64,000 bases of DNA from an uncultured Actinomycetota bacterium (GCA_963714145.1 OY970235.1:9946137-10010136), one strand, 5' to 3'; counted from the stretch's first letter, positions 19,976-30,221 are shown. Numbers and translations: made by a program. Notes: generated from the letters alone by a model not told the origin.

Positions 19976-22018
19976 CTACCGGCTGAACTGGCCGATCGGG
20001 TCGCCGTGCCGCAGGTGGGTCGCGGCCTCGGCCTTGGGCACGGCGACCGTGCGGCCGTGGTGGCAGATGTTGACCAGGTCCGGCACCGCGATCGTGACGG
20101 TCGCCGGCCGGCTGGTCAGCTTCCGGTCGTCGGCGACCACGGTCAGCGTGTACCGGCTGCGGTGCGCCAGGTCGAGCTGCTGCGGGTGCGGGATCGTGAT
20201 CCGGCCGCTGTCCCGGTTGATGCTGAACCGGCCGGCGCCGGTGCCACCGGTGATCTGCCAGTTGGCCGGCGTGCCCCCGTCCGGGTCGCTGGCCTGGACG
20301 GTGCCGACCACGTTCGCCGGACCGTGCCCGAGGACGAAGTGCTGCGCCGGCGCGACCACCGGCCGGTGGCCATCGAAGTGCCGCGCGGTCAGCCGCATGA
20401 ACGTCGGCCAGTCCGCCGTCGGGGTGTGGCCCTCGGCGTGCCGGCGCCAGCCGACCGTGCCGTCGATGAACGTGGCACCGATCGGTGGCGTGCCGCCCAC
20501 GGACTCGGTCGGCCCGCTGGTGAATTCCGTCCCGGCCGGGATGACCTGCCCCGGCCAGCCGAGCGTGGTCCAGACCTGGCTGGCGACCGCGCCGGCCAGG
20601 TACATGCCGCGCGGGTCCTGCCAGGCGTCGCCGAAGCCGGGCGGGGTGTCGGTGCCGCCGTTGGTCAGCACCACCCGCGGCGCGATCAGCGCCAGCACCG
20701 AGTGCACGTCCACCGGCAGGTGCTCCACCTTGCGCGGCCAGTAGCTGCCCGGGTGCAGTTCGCCCGCGTAGCGCATCGTGTTGCCGGCCACCCAGTGGTA
20801 CTCGGAGTCCGAGCCGCAGACGAACTCCAGGTTCTCGCCCCAGGACCGGCGCGCCCAGGACGTGCCGAGCGCACCGCCGCAGCTCGGGTAGGCGGCGCCG
20901 ATCCGCTCGTCGTAGGCGGCCGCGACCAGGGTGGCCTTGCCGAACCGGGAATGGCCCTGCGCGCCGATCCGGGTGGCGTCCACGGACGGCTCGGTCTCGA
21001 ACCAGTCGATCAGCCGGCTGATCCCCCAGCTCCAGGCGGCCAGCGCGCCCCAGTCCCGGGGTGAGCGCCAGTTGCCCTTGTTGATCAGGCCGATGATGAA
21101 GCTGGACATGTTCGCGCCGCCGCTGTCCGGCTGCAGCGGCGCCGGGTTGAAGCCGCAGACCGCGTAGCCGAACGGCGCGGTGAACGGCCAGGCGCTGGCC
21201 GCCGAGCCGAACGTGATGATCACCGGGACCGGCTCGCCGGCCCGGTCCAGCGGCGTGCGCAGGATGGCCTGGATGGTCGGCGCGTTCCGGACCTGCGGGT
21301 AGCCGCTGGTGTCGATGACTCCGGTGATCGTCCGGTCGGTGTAGCCGAAGCCGTTCGCGCTGCCGGTCGTCGCCGGGCCGGTGGTCCAGGCGACCGCCGG
21401 CCACCGGTCCCGGTCCGGGATGCGGCCGTACAGGTGGTCCTGGACGTCCCGGAGGATCTCCGGGCGCCGGGTCAGCCACCACTGCTCGGGCGTCCGCACC
21501 GGGGTGCCGTCGCGGGTGGTGAGTAACTCGATGTCGGTGTAGCGGGGCGCCGAGAGCGGGCCGTAGTCGCCGAACGGGGCCTGCGCCCCGCCGGCCGCGC
21601 CGGCGTCGCTGTCGTACGTGATCCACTGGCCGAACGCGCCGCGCTCGACGGTGTGCCCGACCGGGTCGGTCCAGTTGCCGTCCGGGTTCGCCGGGTTGCG
21701 CGGGAAGGCGTTCGGCGGGGCGTTCGGGTCGGCCGCCTTGGCCGGCAGCGTGGGCTGGGTGAGGCCGAGCTGCCAGAGCATCTGCCGCCGGTCCTCGGCC
21801 GCGGTGGTGGCGGCGGACGGGACGGCCGGGAACGGGGACGCCGGCACCGGCGGCGGGCCGCCGACGCTCGCCGGCCCCGGTCCGGCGGCCGGGCGAGCCC
21901 CGCCGAGGCCGACCGGGAGGGCGACCGCGGCGGCGCCGACACCGGCGAGGAACTGCCGGCGCGCGACCTGGCCGGTGGTGTCGGGCTGGGCGACTTCGGG
22001 CTGAGCGGACTCGGGCAC
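19976..22018 (-). CDS. Tat-exported CE15 glucuronoyl-esterase-like protein with a C-terminal cadherin-like domain
   Basis: GTG 22018 with GAGGAGG RBS; ARRQFL Tat motif; WGALAAWSWGISR and GHSRFGK nucleophile motif; ASDPDG...FSINRDSGRIT cadherin-like module. Confidence 0.82.
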   Translation of the reverse strand: MPESAQPEVAQPDTTGQVARRQFLAGVGAAAVALPVGLGGARPAAGPGPASVGGPPPVPASPFPAVPSAATTAAEDRRQMLWQLGLTQPTLPAKAADPNAPPNAFPRNPANPDGNWTDPVGHTVERGAFGQWITYDSDAGAAGGAQAPFGDYGPLSAPRYTDIELLTTRDGTPVRTPEQWWLTRRPEILRDVQDHLYGRIPDRDRWPAVAWTTGPATTGSANGFGYTDRTITGVIDTSGYPQVRNAPTIQAILRTPLDRAGEPVPVIITFGSAASAWPFTAPFGYAVCGFNPAPLQPDSGGANMSSFIIGLINKGNWRSPRDWGALAAWSWGISRLIDWFETEPSVDATRIGAQGHSRFGKATLVAAAYDERIGAAYPSCGGALGTSWARRSWGENLEFVCGSDSEYHWVAGNTMRYAGELHPGSYWPRKVEHLPVDVHSVLALIAPRVVLTNGGTDTPPGFGDAWQDPRGMYLAGAVASQVWTTLGWPGQVIPAGTEFTSGPTESVGGTPPIGATFIDGTVGWRRHAEGHTPTADWPTFMRLTARHFDGHRPVVAPAQHFVLGHGPANVVGTVQASDPDGGTPANWQITGGTGAGRFSINRDSGRITIPHPQQLDLAHRSRYTLTVVADDRKLTSRPATVTIAVPDLVNICHHGRTVAVPKAEAATHLRHGDPIGQFSR

Positions 22019-22100
22019 GCGCCCCTCCTCACGCTGGCGGGGAAGTGCCACGACGCGACCGGAGGCGTCCGCAGGGCAGGGCCACGCAGCAGGCCTGGAA

Positions 22101-22123
22101 ATTATCGGAAGCAGACCGATAAT
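22101..22123. promoter_or_regulatory. Inverted repeat ATTATCGG-N7-CCGATAAT, probable operator
   Basis: Perfect AT-rich 8-7-8 palindrome in the divergent CE15/GrpB intergenic region. Confidence 0.5.
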
Positions 22124-22296
22124 AGCCGGAGCTGGAACCGCCCTGCCGGCCGGTGGCCGAGCAGGGCGGGCTGGTCGTCGACAGTGGGCGGCGCCTCCCA
22201 CCGAACTCAGGATACGGGCTGGTGGCCGGCTTGCGGCAAGCCCCCCGAACCGGCGCACACTCCTCGCCGACCCCCGATCGGCGAAGCGAGGTAGGC

Positions 22297-22893
22297 ATGG
22301 CACGCGGCGACCGGAACGACCCGTACACCGAGGAGGAGCTGGCGGAGATCTGGGTGGGCGGCGCTCCGCCGAAGCTGACCGCCCCGATCGTCGTGGCCGA
22401 CTACGACCCCGGCTGGCCGGCGCTGTTCGCCCGGGAGGAGGCGCGGATCCGGTCGTTGCTGGGGGAGCGGGCGCTGCTGATCGAGCACGTCGGCTCCACC
22501 TCGGTGCCCGGGCTGCCAGCGAAGCCGATCATCGACCTGGACCTGGTGGTGGCCGATTCCGCCGACGAGGAAACCTACCTGCCGGCCCTGGTCGCGGCCG
22601 GCTACCGGCTGGTGATCCGGGAGCCGCAGTGGTACGAGCACCGCTGCTGCAAGGGCCCGGACACCAACATCAACCTGCACATCTTCTCGCCCGGCTCGGC
22701 CGAGGTGGAACGGCACCTGCTGTTCCGGGACTGGCTGCGCGGCCACCAGGCCGACCGGCACCACTACGCCGCCGCCAAGCGCGAGTTGGCCAGCCGCGAG
22801 TGGACGTACATCCAGCAGTACGCCTACGCCAAGACCGACGTGATCACCGAGATCCTGGCCCGGGCCCGCGCCGCCGCGGCGCCCGCCGGCTGA
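22297..22893 (+). CDS. GrpB / UPF0157 family nucleotidyltransferase-like protein
   Basis: YDPGWP..F..E, IEHVGSTSVPGLPAKPIIDLD, HLLFRDWLR, YAYAKT. Confidence 0.88.
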   Translation: MARGDRNDPYTEEELAEIWVGGAPPKLTAPIVVADYDPGWPALFAREEARIRSLLGERALLIEHVGSTSVPGLPAKPIIDLDLVVADSADEETYLPALVAAGYRLVIREPQWYEHRCCKGPDTNINLHIFSPGSAEVERHLLFRDWLRGHQADRHHYAAAKRELASREWTYIQQYAYAKTDVITEILARARAAAAPAG

Positions 22894-23005
22894 CGTCGGC
22901 CCACGCCGGTACCCCGGTCGGTTCCGCTGGCGGCCCCGCGGGCGGCCGGCCGCGGCGGGCTGCGGGCTGCGGGCTGCGGCGGGCCGGGGTGCGCCCGCGC
23001 CGGGC

Positions 23006-23941
23006 TCAGGCGAGGCAGCGCAGCGGCTGGCCGCCGTTGTAGGCGATCATGCCGGTGAGTGCGGCGAGGTAGTCGATCGGGCCGCCCGGCGGCACACCGT
23101 CCGCCTCGGCGTAGGCGCGGTGCAGGTTGCCGACGATGCGCTCCGGGTCGAGCAGGTCGGCGAACCGGCCGAGGTCGGTCTGCCGGGCCGCGTCCAGCGG
23201 GGCCAGCCCGGCGGCCCGGCCGCGGTCGGCGACGTCCTGCACGAACCGCAGGTAGTCGGCGACCGCGTCGATCACCTCCGGCCCGCAGACGGCGCCGTGT
23301 CCGGGGACGATCGTGGCGGCGTCCAACTCGCGCAGCTGGTCCAGCGCCCGCAGCGCGCCGCTGACCGAGCCCTGCAGCAGGAACGGCGTGCTGCCGTTGA
23401 ACAGCAGGTCGCCGGCGAACAACAGCCGCCGGTCCGGGATCCACAGGTACGAGTCGCTGCCGGTGTGCGCGGCCGCGCCGACGTAGCGCAGCTCGCAGCG
23501 CAGGTCGTCGACCCACAGGGTCACCCCGTCCCGGAAGGTGAGGAACGGCGGGGCGAGTTCGACCGGGCCCCAGTCGACCTCGGTCCAGATCGGTGCCGAC
23601 ACCGGCTGGCCCCAGGCCAGCAGCAGGTCGCGGACGCCGTCCTGGGCGACGATGGTGGCCCCGCCGAACAGGTAGTTGCCGAACGTGTGGTCGCCGTGGT
23701 GATGCGTGTTGATCAGGGTCCGGACCGGTTGGTCGGTGATCGCGCCGATCGCCGCCAGGTACGCCCGGGTGCGCCGCTCGGTGGCGCAGGCGTCGACGCT
23801 GATGACGCCGCGCCGGCCGACCAGGAAGCCGGTGTTGTTGATGAACCAGCTGCCGTCCGGCTGGATGTAGGCGTAGACCCCGGCGCTGACCTCCTGCACG
23901 GCGCCCGGCGGCAGGCCCGGCGGGTGCGGTTGGCTGCTCAT
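23006..23941 (-). CDS. MBL-fold metallo-hydrolase (cyclase-like)
   Basis: NTHHHGDHTFGN, AHT, GDLLF, VPGHG. Confidence 0.9.
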   Translation of the reverse strand: MSSQPHPPGLPPGAVQEVSAGVYAYIQPDGSWFINNTGFLVGRRGVISVDACATERRTRAYLAAIGAITDQPVRTLINTHHHGDHTFGNYLFGGATIVAQDGVRDLLLAWGQPVSAPIWTEVDWGPVELAPPFLTFRDGVTLWVDDLRCELRYVGAAAHTGSDSYLWIPDRRLLFAGDLLFNGSTPFLLQGSVSGALRALDQLRELDAATIVPGHGAVCGPEVIDAVADYLRFVQDVADRGRAAGLAPLDAARQTDLGRFADLLDPERIVGNLHRAYAEADGVPPGGPIDYLAALTGMIAYNGGQPLRCLA

Positions 23942-24135
23942 CGCGCCTCCTTCGGCTCGGGTCGCCAGTGGATCATCTCGCCGGCCTGGCGGGTAGCCCG
24001 CGGCGATGCCAATCCGCGGCTACCGGCCGGCCGACCACGACGCGGTCCACGAGAGCTGCGTCCGTACCGCCGGCGTGAACGCCTGCGGCAGGTGTCTGAC
24101 ACCGCCGGGGTGACGCCGGGGTCGACCCCAGCGGG

Positions 24136-26256
24136 TCAGTCCTCCGGGTCGAAGGGTGGGCCCCAGTCGTCCGGGCGCAGTACCAGGTCGCAGCTGGCCT
24201 GCTGCGGGCCGGCGGTGGCGGTGACCTGGAGCAGGCCGGCCACGTCCCGGGCGAGAATGACGAACGGCACGCTGGCCGCGCCGGCGCCGTCGGTGTGCAC
24301 GGTGATCGGGTTGCTGCCCGGTACCTCGATCTGCACGTCGGTGTCGCCCGGGAAGTGTTCGACCTCGACGGTCACCACGCCGCCGGCCTCGACGCTGAGC
24401 GGGGTGACCGCGACGGTCGCCGCCGACGTGACGGTGATGTCGACGGTGGCCGGGCTGGAGACGGCCCTGGCGTCGTTGACCGTGTAGCTGAACGAGTCGG
24501 CGCCGGTGAAGCCGGCGGCCGGGGTGTAGGTGAGGTCGGGCATGGTGCCGCTGAGCCGGCCGTGCGCCGGGCCACCGCGGACGGCGAAGGTGAGCGCGTC
24601 GCCGTCGCTGTCGGTGCCGGCGAGCGGCACATCGACCGGGATGCCCGCCGGCGTGCTGACCGTAGACGCCCGCGCGACCGGCCGGTGGTTCAGCCTCGGC
24701 GGCTCCGGGGTGACCGTGATGCCGACCGTCGCCGGGGCGGAGGTCCGCTCGCCGTCGCTCGCCGTGTAGGTGAACGAGTCGGGGCCGTCGTAGCCGGCGG
24801 CCGGAGTGTAGGTCACCGTCGGCGGCGCGCCGCTGAGCGTGCCGTGCGCCGGCTGGGTGGCGATGGCGAAGGTGATCTCGTCGCCGTCCGGGTCGGAGCC
24901 GGTCAGCTCGATGTTGACCGGGACGCCCGCGGCGGTGGTGACGGTGACCGGGTCGGCCGTCGGCGGCTGGTTCGCCTGCTGCACCGGGCTCACCACGACC
25001 GGCGCGGTCGGCCCGGTGCCGGCGACGGTGAAGCCCTCCGCGGTGCCCTCGGCGTCGTCGGTGTAGGTGCCCGGCACGGTGCTGACCGTCACTCCGAAGT
25101 GGAGGGTGAGGATGCCGCCGGCCGGCACGGTGAGGCCGGGCCAGAACAGCGTCGGTCCGTCGATCGCCGGGTCCGCGGTGGTCGCCCCGGTGGTCGTCCC
25201 GGGCAGGTAGGTGAAGCCGGCCGGCAGCGTGTCGCTGAGCGTGTCGAGGGTGACGTCGGTGATGTTCGGGTTGGCGACGGTGATCGTGTAGCCGTCGGTG
25301 CCGCCGGCCGGGGCGTTCGCGGCGTCCGCGGTCTTCGTGATGGTCAGCGGGGTGCGCCCGACCGGCGAGAACGTGACCAGCGAGGAGAACGTCTGGCTGG
25401 TGCCGGCGGCCAGGGTCAGATCCCAGGAGATGCCCAGGCCGTTGTCCTGCAGGGTGTCGCACTCGCAGGTGTCGTTGAACGGCGCCCGGCTGTTCACCTG
25501 GTTCCAGACGGTGCCGAAGCCGGCCTCGAAGAAGTGGCTGCCGGCGGTCAGCGGCAGCATCTGCTCGATCCGCCCGACCGCGGCCACGCTCGGCCCGGAG
25601 CCGGAGTCAGTGGGCGGGTCGCTCGGTGGCGGCTCGGCTGGCGGGTTGGGGTTCGCGACGCAGGCGACCGCGCCGGTCGACGGGTCCACCTCGCCGAGGC
25701 CGATGTCGCTGTTCTGCAGGAAGCAGTCGCCGGCCCGGTACAGCACGACATTCGGGCTGCCGGTGCCGCCGTTGCTCACCGCGATGTCGGTGCGGTACGA
25801 CTCCTCGCCGATCACGTACCGGTCGGTCTGGGTGAGCTGGACCCCGGTGGTACCGGCGGCGACGACGGTGACCACCCGGAGCGGGTCGGCGTTGGTGCCG
25901 GTGCCGCTGACCGCGCTCTGGCTGACCGGTGTCCAGGGTGTGCGCCCGGTCGGCGGCGGGCCGGCCGGGATGTTGGCCGGGCCGTACAGCGTGTCGCCCA
26001 CCACCAGCAGGGTGCCGCAGGCGGTGTCGTCCGCCTGGTTGCTGACCGGCGCCTGGAACCACTCCGAGTGCGTGTCACCGACGTGGTTGACGTTGCAGTT
26101 CAGCAGGTCGTTGGTCTGGATCAGGTTCAGCGGGCCGGCCGACGTGATCGACGCGGTGGCCGCGTAGGCCACCGGCTCGATCGCCCCGCCGGCCAGCAGG
26201 ACCACGCCGCTGACGCACGCCAAGCGCAGCCAGCGGCGGCGCCACCCAGCAGACAT
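24136..26256 (-). CDS. Secreted Ig-like repeat protein (DUF11-like plus two Big_9/cadherin-like domains)
   Basis: ATG 26256 and signal peptide; LTITKTAD...YTITVAN...DTLPAGFTY; two GxDxDGDxxTF...PAHG.LSG...YTP..G..G.DSF.Y repeats. Confidence 0.8.
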   Translation of the reverse strand: MSAGWRRRWLRLACVSGVVLLAGGAIEPVAYAATASITSAGPLNLIQTNDLLNCNVNHVGDTHSEWFQAPVSNQADDTACGTLLVVGDTLYGPANIPAGPPPTGRTPWTPVSQSAVSGTGTNADPLRVVTVVAAGTTGVQLTQTDRYVIGEESYRTDIAVSNGGTGSPNVVLYRAGDCFLQNSDIGLGEVDPSTGAVACVANPNPPAEPPPSDPPTDSGSGPSVAAVGRIEQMLPLTAGSHFFEAGFGTVWNQVNSRAPFNDTCECDTLQDNGLGISWDLTLAAGTSQTFSSLVTFSPVGRTPLTITKTADAANAPAGGTDGYTITVANPNITDVTLDTLSDTLPAGFTYLPGTTTGATTADPAIDGPTLFWPGLTVPAGGILTLHFGVTVSTVPGTYTDDAEGTAEGFTVAGTGPTAPVVVSPVQQANQPPTADPVTVTTAAGVPVNIELTGSDPDGDEITFAIATQPAHGTLSGAPPTVTYTPAAGYDGPDSFTYTASDGERTSAPATVGITVTPEPPRLNHRPVARASTVSTPAGIPVDVPLAGTDSDGDALTFAVRGGPAHGRLSGTMPDLTYTPAAGFTGADSFSYTVNDARAVSSPATVDITVTSAATVAVTPLSVEAGGVVTVEVEHFPGDTDVQIEVPGSNPITVHTDGAGAASVPFVILARDVAGLLQVTATAGPQQASCDLVLRPDDWGPPFDPED

Positions 26257-26382
26257 ACTTCCCCCTCGCGCCACGCCCGGACGCCACCTGTAACTGTCCG
26301 CTGTTCCGGGCCAACCCGGCACCGGCCAAAAGGGCAGCAGATCCTTCCCCTGCGCCCCATCCGGCCCGGATCGGCCAGCGGT

Positions 26383-26784
26383 TCAGTCCAGATCGGTGAA
26401 GAGGGTCAGTTGCAGGCCGGCAGGTGCGGTGAGGCGCGCGTTCACCGAGTTCCACGGGGTGCGGGTGGGTTCGGCCAGCACGGTGGCGCCGGCCTCGGCG
26501 AGGGCGGCGGTGGTCGCGGCCGAGTCGGGCACCCCGAACGCGACCCGGATGTGGCCGGCGACCCGGCGGCCGACCTCGACCTCGTCGATGTACGCGGCGT
26601 GCCCCGGGTCGGCGATCTCCAGGGTGGCCCGGCCGGCCTCCAGGATCGTCACCCGGCCGTCCGGGGACGCGTAGCTGGCCCGCTCCGGCAGGCCCAGCAC
26701 ATCCCGGTAGAACCGGAGCGCGTCGGCGTAGTCATCGGCGGTCACGACCAGCCGCAGCTCCCGGACCGGTGCGTCCTCGGTCAT
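26383..26784 (-). CDS. VOC / glyoxalase family protein
   Basis: MTEDAPVRELRLVV...ALRFYRDVLG...TPWNSVNARL...LQLTLF. Confidence 0.85.
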   Translation of the reverse strand: MTEDAPVRELRLVVTADDYADALRFYRDVLGLPERASYASPDGRVTILEAGRATLEIADPGHAAYIDEVEVGRRVAGHIRVAFGVPDSAATTAALAEAGATVLAEPTRTPWNSVNARLTAPAGLQLTLFTDLD

Positions 26785-26889
26785 CGCCACCTCGCTCCAC
26801 AGTGGACAGCACGACCAACCTACCCCGGGTGCCGGGCCGGTGCTCGGGGCGGCGACCATGGACGCCGGTCTTCGAGCGAGGGGGCGACG

Positions 26890-27378
26890 GTGCCGGCACC
26901 ATCCGATGTGGACGGCTTCTTCCGGCCACTGGACTACCCGATGTACGTGGTGACCGCGGCCGGCGGGGGCGAGCGGGACGGCTGCCTGGTCGGGTTCACG
27001 ACCCAGTGCGGTATCGACCCGCCCCGGTTCCTGGCCTGCCTGTCCACGGCGAACCGGACGTACCGGATCGCCCGGTCGGCCCGGCTGCTCGCGGTGCACC
27101 TGCTCGGCGCCGGCCAGCACGAACTGGCCGCGCTGTTCGGCCAGCAGACCGGGGACGAGACCGACAAGCTCGCGCAGTGCGACTGGCAGCCCGGGCCGGA
27201 CGGGGTGCCGCTGCTGGCCGACTGCCCGCACCGGTTCGTCGGCGAGATCCTGGACCGGGTCGATCTCGGCGACCACCACGGCTTCCTGCTCCGGCCGACC
27301 GAGGTGGCCGCCGCCCTGACCGGCCCGCCGCTGATGTTCAGCGCCGTGCAGGACCTGGAGCCCGGCCATCCGGCGTGA
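26890..27378 (+). CDS. Flavin reductase-like protein
   Basis: C-terminus of ORF 24295..27378 from GTG 26890: PMYVVTA...GCLVGF...GDH. Confidence 0.85.
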   Translation: MPAPSDVDGFFRPLDYPMYVVTAAGGGERDGCLVGFTTQCGIDPPRFLACLSTANRTYRIARSARLLAVHLLGAGQHELAALFGQQTGDETDKLAQCDWQPGPDGVPLLADCPHRFVGEILDRVDLGDHHGFLLRPTEVAAALTGPPLMFSAVQDLEPGHPA

Positions 27379-27480
27379 CTTGCTGCCCGTTGGGGCAGCC
27401 GCGGCCGCATCCCGGCCGCGCCGACCTAGCATCGGCGCGGCGGCCCGGCCGGGGGCCGGCGGGCGGCGTCGGGAGCGTGC

Positions 27481-28443
27481 ATGCGGAACTGGGCGGTGCT
27501 GCGGAAGTTGTCCGGGCGGACCCAGCCGGTCGGGCCACCGCCGGCAGCCCCGCCCCAGCCCTCGCCGACAGCCGCCGAGGGCCCGATCACGCCGGGCACC
27601 GGGGCCGGGCCGGCCGCGGCGGCAGCGCCCGGGCCCGGGACGGGCGGAATGCCGGCTGAGCCGGCGGCACAGTCGTCGGACCCGGCTGGGCCGGGAACGC
27701 CGGTCGGGCCCGCGGAGCCGGTCGGGCCCGCGGAGCCGGTCGGGCCCGCGGAGCCGGTCGGGCCCGCCGAGCCGGTCGGGCCCGCACTGCCGGTCGGGCC
27801 CGCGGAACAGATCGGGCCCGCGGCGCCGGTCGGGCCCGCGGAACAGGTCGGGCTCGCGGAGGCGGTCGGGGCGGCAGCCGCCGGGGCGGGGCTGATCGAG
27901 TTGGGGCCGGCCGCGCCGGGGCTGATCGAGCTCGGGCCGGTCGTGCCGGCCGCGGACCCCGCGCCCGGGACGGGTGGGCGGCCGGCACCGGACGAGCCCG
28001 CCGCCCGGCCCGCGGCTCAGGCCCGGCCCGCGGCTCAGGCGCTGCCCGCGGCTCAGTCGCTGCCTGCGGCTCGGGCGCTGCCCGCGGCGGGGCGGCTGCG
28101 GGCCGGGCTGGACGGCGCCGAGCGGGTGGCCGGCGTGCTGCGCGACGACGTGTGGCCGGACCCGTACCGGGCGCGCCGCCCGCCGTTCGTCAGCGGCTAC
28201 CGGGACGTCCTGGCCGAGCTGGTCACGCTGATGCGCCAACTGCTCGCGGTGGACGGGCTGGACCTGACCCTGCTGGGCAACCTGGTCATGTTCCACCAGC
28301 GCACCAACGAGTTCGCCGGTGGCGCCATCTGGCCGGTGGCGCTGGTCGAGCACGGCAAGGCGGCCGAGGTGATCAGGTACTGCGAGCAGTCGGCCGCGCT
28401 GCTGCGGGCGCTGCTACCGCTGCCGGCCCGCGACCGCGGCTGA
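27481..28443 (+). CDS. Hypothetical protein: Pro/Ala-rich repeat stalk plus a compact C-terminal domain
   Basis: The C-terminal ~110 aa look globular with host-like codon use; the middle is (PVGPAE)n and (ARPAAQ)n. Start uncertain. Confidence 0.5.
   Translation: MRNWAVLRKLSGRTQPVGPPPAAPPQPSPTAAEGPITPGTGAGPAAAAAPGPGTGGMPAEPAAQSSDPAGPGTPVGPAEPVGPAEPVGPAEPVGPAEPVGPALPVGPAEQIGPAAPVGPAEQVGLAEAVGAAAAGAGLIELGPAAPGLIELGPVVPAADPAPGTGGRPAPDEPAARPAAQARPAAQALPAAQSLPAARALPAAGRLRAGLDGAERVAGVLRDDVWPDPYRARRPPFVSGYRDVLAELVTLMRQLLAVDGLDLTLLGNLVMFHQRTNEFAGGAIWPVALVEHGKAAEVIRYCEQSAALLRALLPLPARDRG
27699..28085 (+). repeat. 18-bp tandem arrays (gccggtcgggcccgcgga about x9; gcccggcccgcggctcag about x4-5) plus a 30-bp doublet
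   Basis: Read directly; head-to-tail, no spacers. Confidence 0.85.
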
Positions 28444-28586
28444 GCCGGGCCGCCCTGCGGCGGAGCCGGGCCCGCCCCCCTGCGGCGGAGCCGGGCCCGC
28501 CCCGGCCGAGGCGTCCGTGGTTGAGCGTCCGTGGTTGAGGTCGTGGCCCGGCGTGGCGGCGCCGGGCCCCGACATCTCGCGTCAGG

Positions 28587-30092
28587 TCAGTTGCTGACGC
28601 TGGCCAGGCGGGTTTTCAGGCCCTGGCCGAAGTTGGTCGCCGTGCCGTTGAAGTCGCTGACCAGGGACGGCCCGGTGCTGCAGTCCCAGTTGTTCCAGGT
28701 CCAGCCGAGGTAGCCCACGCCGTGCGCGTCGGCCCAGCTCATCAGGCCGTCGACGAAGCCGTGCGCGCAGTCGTTCTCGCCGATCTCGCTGAGCGTCAGC
28801 GGGACCTGCGCGGCGACCGGGGCCAGTTGGCTGTCCCAGCAGGCGCTGTTCGAGCAGGTGTTGAAGTTGTAGATGTGCGCGAACGCCATCAGGTTGTTCA
28901 TCGGGTCGGTCGGCCGGAACTGCAGCCACTGGGTCAGGTCGTTCGAGAACGCCAGCCCGCCGACCATGATGATGTTGCCGGCGCCGGTGCCGCGGACGGA
29001 GTTCACCAGGCTCTGGAAACCGGCCACCTGGTAGCCGATGCCCGGGCAGGTGCCGCCGTTCTTGAAGCAGTTCCAGCCGGCGGTCGCGCTGCTGCCCTGC
29101 GCCCGCTCCGGGAACGGCTCGTTGAACAGGTCGAGGATGACCGCGTTGTTGCCCTTGAACGCGTTCGCCACGCTGGTCCAGAACGCCGGCGCGTTCTGCG
29201 CGTCCGGCATCGGCTTCTGGCAGGTCGCCTTCACGTCGCTGCAGCCGGCGGACGGGCCGGTGTACTGGCCGAAGTTCCAGTGCATCTCCAGGATCGGGTT
29301 GATGCCGCTGGCGACCAGCAGGTTCACGTAGTTGCGGACGTTGGTCTGGTACGCCGCGCCGCTGGCGCCGCCGGCCGGCACGCTGCTGGTGCCCAGCCAG
29401 CATTCCTCGTTCAGCGGCACCCGGACCACCCGGATCTTCCAGGTGCGCATCGCGTTGATCGAGGCCTGGTCCATCGGGCCGTTCCACATGCCGTTGCCCT
29501 GGATGCAGGCGAACTCGCCGCCGGACCGGTTCACGCCGAGCAGCCGGACGGTCTGCCCGGACGCGTTCACGATGTGGTTGCCGCTGACGTGCAGCGCCGG
29601 GGCCGCGCCGTTCGGTGGCGGGTTGGTCGGTGGGGTCGTCGGGGGTGTGGTGGGCGGCGTGGTCGGCGGGTTCGTCGGCGGGACGGTGCCGGTGCAGGTG
29701 GTGCCGTTGACTGTGAACGCGGTCGGCATCGCGTTGACCCCGGTCCAGGACGCGTTGAAGCCCGCGCTGACCGACGCGTTGGTGGCCACCGAGCCGTTCC
29801 AGCTCAGGTTGGTGGCGGTTACGTTCGCGCCGCTCTGCGCCCAGGTCGCTTCCCAGCCGGACGAGATGACCTGCCCGGCCGGGAACGCGAAGCGGAGCGA
29901 CCAGCCGGTCAGCGGGTCGCCCAGGTTGGTGATCGTGACCCGGCCGCCGAAGCCGGTGTCCCACTGGTTCTGGATGGTGTAGTCGACCCGGCAGCCGGGC
30001 GCGGCGGACGCGGCGTTCGGCAGCACCGAGATCAGCCCACCCGCTGCCAGTACCGCCGCCCCTGACACGGCCAGGGCAGTACGACGTCTCAT
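28587..30092 (-). CDS. Secreted CBM2 + GH5 endoglucanase
   Basis: ATG 30092; signal peptide; CRVDYTIQNQWDTGF...W.L.F CBM2; PT-rich linker; LFNEP and LSEIGE catalytic glutamates. Confidence 0.92.
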   Translation of the reverse strand: MRRRTALAVSGAAVLAAGGLISVLPNAASAAPGCRVDYTIQNQWDTGFGGRVTITNLGDPLTGWSLRFAFPAGQVISSGWEATWAQSGANVTATNLSWNGSVATNASVSAGFNASWTGVNAMPTAFTVNGTTCTGTVPPTNPPTTPPTTPPTTPPTNPPPNGAAPALHVSGNHIVNASGQTVRLLGVNRSGGEFACIQGNGMWNGPMDQASINAMRTWKIRVVRVPLNEECWLGTSSVPAGGASGAAYQTNVRNYVNLLVASGINPILEMHWNFGQYTGPSAGCSDVKATCQKPMPDAQNAPAFWTSVANAFKGNNAVILDLFNEPFPERAQGSSATAGWNCFKNGGTCPGIGYQVAGFQSLVNSVRGTGAGNIIMVGGLAFSNDLTQWLQFRPTDPMNNLMAFAHIYNFNTCSNSACWDSQLAPVAAQVPLTLSEIGENDCAHGFVDGLMSWADAHGVGYLGWTWNNWDCSTGPSLVSDFNGTATNFGQGLKTRLASVSN

Positions 30093-30221
30093 TGTGAATG
30101 ACCTCCCACCGCGCGGGATTCGGCCCCCGCGCGGAACGGAACGGGCACCTGCAGCCGCAGAGACGTCGCCGCGCCCCAAGCCCGGGAGGTGGCGGCCCCG
30201 GTGGGAAGCCCTGAGCTCAAG

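Noticed and set aside
27699-27860. Repeat array as a possible CRISPR
   Set aside because: 18-bp units are head-to-tail with no unique spacers, in frame within an ORF, and no cas genes are present.
28443-28545. Short duplications after ORF 27481 (about 25-bp and 15-bp doublets)
   Set aside because: Low-copy GC-rich slippage products with no evidence of function.
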